Assembly (NCBI RefSeq): GCF_009914755.1
Contig: NC_060928.1
Strand: one strand, 5' to 3'
DNA from: the human T2T-CHM13v2.0 reference genome, Homo sapiens
DNA: 64,000 nt
Below, piece after piece: positions 55,151-64,000 of the stretch; position 1 is the stretch's first letter, and every line of letters starts with the position of its first letter. The notes below the pieces were generated by a model. The model saw nothing but the letters and a program-made list of their open reading frames with translations, was not told where the DNA came from and made no database searches. The position numbers and the translations under genes are program-made.

Positions 55151-55401
55151 TTTTAGAAATTGATTATTTGTAGGATAGTTTAATAAAAAGAAATTTGTTC
55201 TTATTATCTCTACCTCAAACAAGTTGTATTTTTTCTTTTGTTTTCAGTTTTATAGTCTGAAAAATGTAGGATTAGATAAAGTAATTCACCTATGATACTT
55301 TGTTCAGTATTCTGTGATTTCACTTGTAAGATTGTAATTATGTAGAGCCATATTCATGGCTCTTTGCCAAACATATTGCTAGAAGCAGATATAAAGATTA
55401 G

Positions 55402-55752
55402 TGTGGAAGCCGACCTTCAAAATGGCCCTAGATGACCTCCACTTCCTGGTACCCATTCCCTTGTGTGTGGAGTTGAATGTGGGCAGTGTTTGCTGAGTCA
55501 CTACCAATAAACAGAGTATGAAAGAAGTGATGGGGGTGTTAGTTCTAAGATTAGTTTATAAAACAGTGCAATTCATCTTGGAATCTCTCTCTGTCTCTTT
55601 CTCCTTCTCCTTTTTTCCTCCTCTTCTCCTTCTGCCCTCCTCCTCCTTCTCCTCTTCCTCCTCCTGGCTGGTTGAATTTTCCTCCTGGAAAATTCAGATG
55701 TCATGTGATACAGCCATGTGGAGAGATTCAGGTGATGAAAATGTGAGGTCTG
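55402..55752 (+). mobile_element. MaLR LTR fragment (MLT1F-like) with CT-rich tract
   Basis: tgtggaagccgaccttcaaaatggccc...cttcctggtacccattcccttgtgt; pyrimidine tract ~55584-55666. Confidence 0.7.
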
Positions 55753-57759
55753 AAACAGTAATTTTTGTTCAGTAAGGTTTTATCTATTGTGTCTATCCTA
55801 TCTAATGATATAATTAGTGCAAAAACTAATAAACTATTATACAGAAGGAAACTGTTTTCAAATGCATTTTTTAGGGATTGTGACATGTCTCCTAATTATG
55901 ATGTCTATTAGAATAGAGTAAGGCTCTGGTTATTTTCATGATCTTCATAGTTTCATTCTACATAGCAGATTCACTCTCATTTTTAAACATTTTCTTGGCA
56001 TTTCAAAGATTTTTTTGGGAGTTCCTCCAGTCATCCTAAAATAGGAAATCTCATGTTACTTGTTTATTCATTTCTGCTTGTTTCAACCTTATACCAATTT
56101 CATCCTTTCCTTTCTTGCCACCCATAAATGTTTCTTAACACAATATTTAGAGGCAAAATTTGGCTAAATAGAATATCTTCTAATGTAATACTTTCCCAAA
56201 AATCATGTGCATCTATACAATTACACTTATCAGTATATTTTTTCTTTAGAATCATTATATTGATATAGAATATAGTATCATTAATATTAAAAATATATAA
56301 GAATGTTTTAATTTTATGATGGTGGAATATCAATGTGGCTTATAATATTTTATTAGCTTGAAATAAACACATTTAATTCTTGCAAAATTCGTGTTCTTTA
56401 TAGTTTCAGAAACAGTTAATGTTTTTAATAGGTCAAGTATGAAAAGCTAACTTTTGCTACTTTTTTCACTTCAAATATTGCGGTTGATAATTTGAGACAT
56501 TAATCTTAAACTTTCAAGAAAATTGCTAGTTGGACTAATATAAACTATCATATCATTTTTGGAATTAGCTATTTAATTAAAATTTTCATTCATCTTCTTG
56601 AAAGTAGAATCAACTAACAGGAAAAATTTAACCTTCAAGAACCTATTTCTAAGAAACTTACTAAACTTAAATTTAAAGAAATAGTTTTTCGTTTGTGCGT
56701 TTTGCAGATATTTTATCTTCACAGTTGAGATTTAATTATATGAGAAAAACTTATGGAAATATGCATATAAGACAATGCTGCCTCAAAGTTTGTTTTATTT
56801 TGTTTTTAACTAGTAAACAGGACTGATAACTGAATTTAATAAATATATAGCTTCATTTAAAAATCCCCTTTACACACACGTGAGAATCATAAAATATAGT
56901 TTTTACTTGTGCCTTCAGTGATTATTATTTTAATAGTATTCACTTTTAGTTAATTAAGTATATGATAAACATGTTATCTGTTCTTTAAAAAAATCTGCAA
57001 ACTTCTCTTTAATAAATTAACTTATAGATCCAAAACCAAGCTTCATATTTAATGAGCTCTTATGAACATCACCACCACCAATACTTTAAATAACTTTGAA
57101 AGCCCAAAGGCTTATGAGGTATCGGCAACTTTGCTCTTTTAATCATATTATATGGTGGATTGAGTTACCTGCTAAGAGTTGAAATAAAGAATCTCACCAG
57201 CAAACTCAAAATCCACTTAAGAATATGAACTAAGATCTGCATTTTATTCAAATATATGAAATGCTTTTTAATTGGAAGAAAAAATAACTTGGGAAGTGAG
57301 CATATAACTGTAACTGCTAATTCTGCCTCTTCCTGCTGTTACAATGATTCTAACAGGGGAGATTATTAAATGAAATCCTGAAGTAATGGAAAGAACGATT
57401 GTGTTAAAAATGCTGAGACACAGGTCAACTGAGACTTGTGATGTTATTACCTTTCTGCTTGGCAGTACCTCCGCAATACAATATCGGACTGCAGAGTTCA
57501 GCAGGAAGGAAGACAATGTAATGATGATTCTATTTTTCATGTAGCTTTTCTTTGTACTTGTAGAATATCCTACATCACATTGCTTCAAAAACCAGGAACT
57601 GCCACACTGTGTTCTGCCGCTTGTAAGTAATTAAGAAACATTTAAAAGGCTTTATATTCAAGACTGGGTTAGACTGTCTGCAAAATGAAAGAATGGAAAT
57701 AAAGATTAAGAATATGTTAGTCCTGGCAAAAGAAGAGAATTAACGGATTAGCCAAGGAA

Positions 57760-57915
57760 TCTAAAGTGTTTCCATTATTGCTCTGCCACTTACTGGATGT
57801 AATCTTAGGCAAGTTATTTAGTATCTCTGTGTCTTAGTTTGTCAGCTGTAAAATGGTGTTAATAATAAAAATAATAGTATCTACTTCAAGTTGTTGTCAG
57901 GCAAAGGAGTGTTAA
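57760..57915 (+). mobile_element. MIR
   Basis: ctctgccacttactggatgtaatcttaggcaagttattt...ctctgtgtcttagtttgtcagctgtaaaatgg. Confidence 0.8.
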
Positions 57916-59955
57916 TATAGAACAAGACATCTATTTTTATGCCTAGAAAGATTCCTATGTCTGGTTTTTTTTGAAGTAATAAATAAAATTATTTTCTTAT
58001 TTAGAAAAAAACACATCAGCTGTAAAAAATATGGAAGATAAAGAAAATAACAAATAATAAAATTTAATCATGCTGAATACCAAAACTCAGAAGTAACTAT
58101 TATTTCATCTAATTATTTTATTTATATAATAGGAATATCTTCCTTGTAGTAAACATACTTTTACAATACCATTTTTAATGATTGCATAGTGTATATTTCA
58201 CTAGGTTACATCATAATTTATCTACTATGTAATATCTAAGGAGTCCTCAACTTCTCATCCGCTAAGTACACAGTAGTAAGCACATACCTCTTAGTGTAAT
58301 TGGGAAAATTAAGTTAGGTAATACATATAGACAATAAAACTTTTGAGTCCTGAACAAATGTTAGCTATCATTATTATTTAGTAATTATAATTGAAAGTAT
58401 TTTAATTTTGTTATAACTCTTTTACATATTTCATTATATATTGGGGAAATTCAGACATGCTGAATTATTAACACTCATATTATACAAATTATTAAGATTT
58501 TAAACCTAAAAAGCACTTTTAAATTGAAGTTAAGCATATCTGTTTTAACTACATTTTTCTTTTTTTCCCTCCAAGGAAATTAAATTCTCAGAATCCCTTC
58601 TCATTTTTCTTTCCTATTTCAAAAGACTCACTTCAACAGTCCTCCAAGCAAAAACTTAGTACACCCTTTAAATTACATGATTATAGTATGCACAGACTCA
58701 TTTATTACCTGCTATGCAGTTAATAGGATTATTTTGCCCTGAACCATCTTTTAATATATTTAGAGGTGATTTTCTAATGCAAATAATTTAATTTTATATC
58801 TATACTATAGGGAAATTATTTTAGTTTGCAACGATGTGAAATGCAAACTGTGGAAAATACTAGTGAGAAACTGAATAATTGTTTTGTTTTAGATTTTAAA
58901 AACAAATATTTGCTCTATATTATTTATTAAAAAATACATAGCATGCAAATACCTGCAATTTGAAATTATTAATATGGTCTCTAAATATGAGCTTACATGT
59001 TGAACCAATATGCAGCATTTTCATGTAAAGGCTAAATTAAAAAATTCTGAGATTTTTGTCATGTGCTGCCAGTCCAAGATCCCAAAAGACTTTGGGTATA
59101 TTTCTTAGATTAAGGCCCTTTGACACTTGTAAAACAAAGAACATATTGTCTTTAATGATGAAACCATTATTAGGATGTAAACTTGTGAACTTTATTGACT
59201 GTGTAGTTTATAGCATATACATTGTTTCTGTCTTGACATTGTTTCACTTAGTAATTATTATTTAATATTATACACCAATATGCACATCCATTGTCATAGA
59301 ACTATAAGAAATTATTTTAATAAGTGATAAAGTAGTACAGATTACTATGACACATTTAGTAACCAATATAACTTTTAATATTACTCTGAGATCCATCTCT
59401 ATTTATAATCCAACTGCCCTGTGTTAATTTGTATAAACAAAATAGTACTTACAAAATAGAGAGTATGCAAACAATGGAAACCAGTCTTTTTTCCTGAGTA
59501 TTATCATTATTTATTGTCAGGAATGCAATAGATTTCAAAATTTTATGATCAATCTGGAGAATCGTAGTAAGGATCTGAAGGTGTGTCTGAGCATCAAAGT
59601 AAAGGGGTAAATTGGTAATGTTTGTTTAAAAAGTAATAAATGTAAAGGAGATTACTAATATCTATGCTATGTATTAATCATGCCCAATAAAGTCACTTTC
59701 TCACATCAAATTTTTTTCATTTTCAGTTCCTCTTTGGCTTAGTATTTCTTTATTAGACAATTTTCTTGCAGCTGTAAGAAATAGAATCAAATAATGGTGT
59801 AGGGTAAAATATAGCAACACAAATAATTTGATTGGATTATATAACTGGCATTCTCAGTATTACATGTATGTTCATGTTCAGAAATAGGTAGACATGGGGC
59901 TCTCTCAAATTTATCTAAGAGTAATCTCTTTTTTTGACTCTGTGTTGCTTCATTC

Positions 59956-60249
59956 TTTTTTTTTTTTTTTGAGATGGAGTCTTGCTCTGCCATCCAGGCT
60001 GGAGTGCAGTGGTGCAATCTTGCCTCACTGCAACTTCCGCCTCCCTGGCTCAAGCAATTCTCTGCCTCAGCCTCCTGAGTAGCTGGGATTACAGGCATGC
60101 ACCACCACACCCAGCTACTTTTTGTATTTTTGGTAGAGACGGGGTTTCACCATCGTGGCCAGGCTAGTCTTGAACTCCTGACCTCGTGATCCACCCGCCT
60201 CGGCCTCCCAAAGTGCTGGGATTACAGGCACGAGCCACCGCGTCTGGCT
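59956..60249 (-). mobile_element. Alu SINE (AluSg-like)
   Basis: Reverse Alu with poly-T; gacctcgtgatcc diagnostic; degenerate TSD tgtgttgcttcatt / tgtgctgccttcatt. Confidence 0.97.
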
Positions 60250-60484
60250 GTGCTGCCTTCATTTCAGTGCATTATCTGTCTTGGTATTGGCAAATGTGAC
60301 TACCAAAATTTCCAAGTTTTTTATCAGTTTATAAAAGCTAGCAGAAAGGAGTGTCTTTACTCAAAGTTGTGGAAGAAATTATATTGTACTCTCATCCGTG
60401 TAGTGAAAAAGAGTAATTAGATTCAAAAGAATAGCATGGACTAATGATAAGAAGGAAATGGACCATCAAAGGAAATGTAGCCTG

Positions 60485-60698
60485 TGTAACGGAATGAATG
60501 TATAAGGTCCTCCCCAAATTCATATGTTGAAATCCTAACACCAATGTGATGGTATTAGGAGGTGGGACCTTTGGAAGTTGATTAGGTCATGAAGGCAGAA
60601 CCCTCATGATTGTGATGCGTGCCCTTATTTAAAAAAAAAAAAAAAAAGAAAAGAAAAAACCTAGAGATGGACATCTGTGAACCAGAAAGTTGGATCTG
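60485..60698 (+). mobile_element. MLT1A-like LTR, 5' part
   Basis: ccccaaattcatatgttgaaatcctaac...gtgatggtattaggaggtgggacctttgg. Confidence 0.8.
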
Positions 60699-60699
60699 C

Positions 60700-62470
60700 A
60701 TAAATAGAGAAAAATTCATGTTTATGGAGAAGACAATTGAATATTGTGAAGATGTCTTTCACTAAAATGATCTACAAATTCAAAGCCATATCTGTCAAAA
60801 TCCCAGCTGTCATTTTTATAGCTGTACACACTGATACTTAAAGGTAAATGAAGACTGAAGGATGCAGTATAGCAAAAATAATTTTGAAAAAGAAGTAGAA
60901 AATTGAAGAACTGAAACTATCTAATTTCAAACCTATTAAAGTCATATAGTTATATGTCAAAAGTTAATAGTTATATGGCAATAGTTATAAAGTCAAAAGT
61001 TATAAAGTCATAGCAAGTAAGAGTATGCTGGTAGAAGGATAGACATATAGATCAATGGAAATAAACTGAGAGTTTACAGATAAATTTTTACATCATGGTA
61101 AATAGATTTTATACAAAGATATCAAGAAAATTTAATGGGATTAGAAAAATCTTTAGCAAATGATAGTCAGTCTGTCAGACAGCCATAGGCAAAACAACTT
61201 TGACCCTTACTTTGTATCATACACATATATGTAAGGGCTAAAACTATACACAAGAATAATGATTCATACAAAATTAAAATATAAATTGAATTCCACCAAA
61301 ATTAAATATATTTATAATTGAAATGACACCATTAAAAAATGAAATGACAGGCCATAGACTGAAGGGAAATAATTACCGATTCTATATCTGAGAAAAGGCT
61401 TAATGTCAGAATATGCAAAATATTTTAAAATTCCTAAAATATTTTTAAAACTCCCATTTTTTAAAATGTGCAAAAAGTTTCAATAGACATCTTAATAAAG
61501 ATTATGTAAAAATAACAAGTACATGAAAACTGGCTCAGTAACATTAGGAAAATAAACATTGAAATCACCATCAGATACTACTAGACACCTACTAGATTGA
61601 TTATAATATAAAGACAGACAATGCAAAATATTTTTGAGTATACAGATCAATTAAAACCACCACAAATTTCTTGTAGGAATGTGAAATAACAGTGACACTT
61701 TGGGAAGTATTTTGGCAGTTTTTTTAAAAATAAAATGTAAGAAACAGAAAACCAAATACTGCACGTTCTCACTTATAAGTGGGAACTAAATGATGAGAAC
61801 TCACGAATACAAAGATGGGAACAACGCATATGGGGCCTATCAGAGGCTGGAACGTGGGAGAAGGGAGAGAATCAGGTAAAATAACTTATTGGTACTTGGC
61901 TTACTACCTGGGTGATAAAATCATCTCACAACAAACCCCATGATACAAGTTTACCTATATGACAAACCTGCATAGGTACCCTTGAACTTAAATGTAAAAT
62001 TAAAACAACAACAATAATGACAAAAACCTAACTCCAAGTAAAAATCAAAGTCCAATAACATCATGCAACTACAATTACTGATAAAATGCAAAAGGAGAAA
62101 ATACTGAGTACTGAAGGGGCCAAGGAGCAAATGAAACTCCTTCTGGTGAGGATGTAAGTTGTTGCAATCATTTAGAAAACTGTTTCCACTTTTAGGTGTG
62201 TGCCAAATAGCAAAGAGTACATCTATACACACGAAAAAGACATGCAACAGAAAGTTTATGACAGCACAGCTCATTTCACTCAAACATCAGAAAATACCAG
62301 AATGTTTATCAATCATGCAATAAATTAATTTTTATGTTCATTGAATAGACTACTGTACAACAACTAGAATGGAAAATCTACAAATAAGCTTGAGAATATG
62401 GATAAATCTTATGAACATAATGTTGAGCAAAACACTGAATGATATATAAAGAATATACAACAGAGGACAA
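60700..62470 (+). mobile_element. Ancient L1M ORF2/3' fragments
   Basis: tgatctacaaattcaaagcc...; gatagacatatagatcaatggaa; tcaatagacatctt... are decayed ORF2; interrupted by a younger L1 end. Confidence 0.75.
61741..62005 (+). mobile_element. 5'-truncated L1 3' end (L1PA15/16-like)
   Basis: gaaaaccaaatactgcacgttctcacttataagtggg...acaaaccccatgatacaagtttacctat. Confidence 0.9.
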
Positions 62471-62896
62471 ATATATATATTTGTGTATATATATATACCT
62501 TGTTTGTATATTTCATGCAATTAATGTCAAATTCCATTAATCTCATGTAACATAAAAATTTTGCTTGATTTGATTTGTTCTTGTTTCTATCTTTTCTCTT
62601 TCATTTCTTTCTCACTTTTTAGTCTTTCTTTTTCTTTTTAGTAAGTCCATCTATCCATTTCTTTAATTCCTAGAAATATTAAATGAAAATCTCCCTATCT
62701 ATTATACATATCCAATTTATTGTGCACAACAAACTTAGTTTCTTCAAACAGGCCATTTTAAAAAGTAATAGACTATTTTAAAAGAAGTTCGAGGTTTGCA
62801 GAAAACATAAGCAGGGTAGGCAGAGTTCCACATACTACCAAGCTAACCCCTCACAACATAGTTCCCACTAATAATAGCATCTTGCATTTGGTGGGC

Positions 62897-63190
62897 TATG
62901 TAGTTTGGAAATTTGTCCCCATTCAAATCTCATGTTAAAATGTAATCCTCAGTGTTGGAGGGAGGACCTGGTGGGAGGTGTTTTTGTCATGGGGAAAGAT
63001 CCCTCATGAATGGCTTGGGCCAACTTCTTGGTGATAAGTGGGCTCTTGCTCTGAGTTCCCTAAAAATCTGGTTGTTTGAAAATGTGTGAGAAATCTCCCC
63101 TTTAGTCTCTTTCACTTGCTCCTGCTTTCTGCTTTCTACATGTGACATATCTGTTCCTGCTTCACCTTCCACCATGATTGAAAGCTCCTT
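62897..63190 (+). mobile_element. MaLR LTR (MSTB-like), 3'-truncated
   Basis: tagtttggaaatttgtcccc...aaatctcatgttaaaatgtaatcc...gatccctcatgaatggcttgg...ccttccaccatgattgaaagct. Confidence 0.85.
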
Positions 63191-63394
63191 GGCTGGGCAT
63201 GGTGGCTCACACCTGTAACCCCAGCACTTCAGGAGGTTGAAGCTGGCAGATGGCTTGAGTCCAGGAGTGCAAGACCAGCCTGTGCAACATGATGAGACCC
63301 CCGTCTCAGCTATCTGGGAGGCTGAGTCAGGAGGATCACCTTAGCCCAGGAGGTTGTGGCTGCATTAAGCCATGATTGTGCCACTCCACTCTAG
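63191..63394 (+). mobile_element. AluJ-like element with internal deletion and no tail
   Basis: Left arm to gagacccccgtct joined directly to cagctatctgggaggctgag; stops at ccactctag. Confidence 0.88.
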
Positions 63395-63528
63395 AAAATA
63401 CAAATTATTTTGGTAAACAAAAACACAGACTTTGATTTTAATTTTGAAAGCCACACTGTGGCTTTGCTTTAGTGTACTAACTTTTGGTCTCCAAGGTTAA
63501 TTCTTATTCCTATTAAATTATTTATCTC

Positions 63529-64000
63529 AATAGGAATGCTTTTACACTGTTGGTGGGACTGTAAACTAGTTCAACCATTGTGGAAGTCAGTGTGGCGATT
63601 CCTCAAGGATCTAGAACTAGAAATACCTTTTGACCCAGCCATCCCATTACTGGGCATATACCCAAAGGATTATAAATCATGCTGCTATAAAGACACGTGC
63701 ACATGTATGTTTATTGCGGCACTATTCACAATAGCAAAGACTTGGAACCAACCCAAATGTCCATCAATGACAGACTGGATTAAGAAAATGTGGCACATAT
63801 ACACCATGGAATACTATGCAGCCATAAAAAAGGATGAGTTCATGTCCTTTGGAGGGACATGGATGAAGCTAGAAACCATCATTCTGAGCAAACTATCGCA
63901 AGGACAGAAAACCAAACGCAGCATGTTCTCACTCGTAGGTGGGAATTGAACAATGAGAACACTTGGACACAGGGTGGGGAACATCACACACCAGGGCCTG
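63529..64000 (+). mobile_element. Relatively young 5'-truncated L1PA (about L1PA4-7), running off the window end
   Basis: Near-consensus ORF2 end and 3' UTR start (aacaatgagaacacttggacacagg). Confidence 0.97.
63536..63949 (+). pseudogene. L1 ORF2p C-terminal fragment (open, but not an independent gene)
   Basis: [42 protein letters not shown]...MFSLVGGN is the canonical ORF2p C-terminus with its native stop. Confidence 0.93.

Noticed and set aside
63536-63949. Independent 137-aa gene
   Set aside because: It is the L1 ORF2p C-terminus of a 5'-truncated insertion; the ATG is incidental and there is no promoter.

Overview
This is AT-rich, CpG-depleted primate (human-like) genomic DNA that looks intergenic or deep-intronic. 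I recognise no host protein-coding gene, RNA gene, CpG island or prokaryotic system. A large share of the window is interspersed repeats: about 9 Alus, several L1 remnants, MaLR/ERV solo LTRs (MSTA/B, THE1B/D, MLT1/2, LTR8A), a 3'-truncated Tigger1, MER58A, and MIR/L2 relics. Many have visible target-site duplications (TSDs). Repeat subfamily calls come from recalled consensus motifs and need RepeatMasker/Dfam confirmation. The ORF track is almost entirely spurious or repeat-derived. The most notable structure is a ~570-bp complex insertion (14373-14940) inside an old L1 3' UTR. It carries a ~262-bp copy (~89% identity by hand count) of sequence 2.5 kb downstream, plus inverted copies of its own right flank, hairpins and TA/GA tracts. 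This reads as a fossil multi-template-switch DNA repair scar. Smaller scars of the same kind and a few candidate non-coding exons are also reported. I found no convincing evidence of a new biological system.
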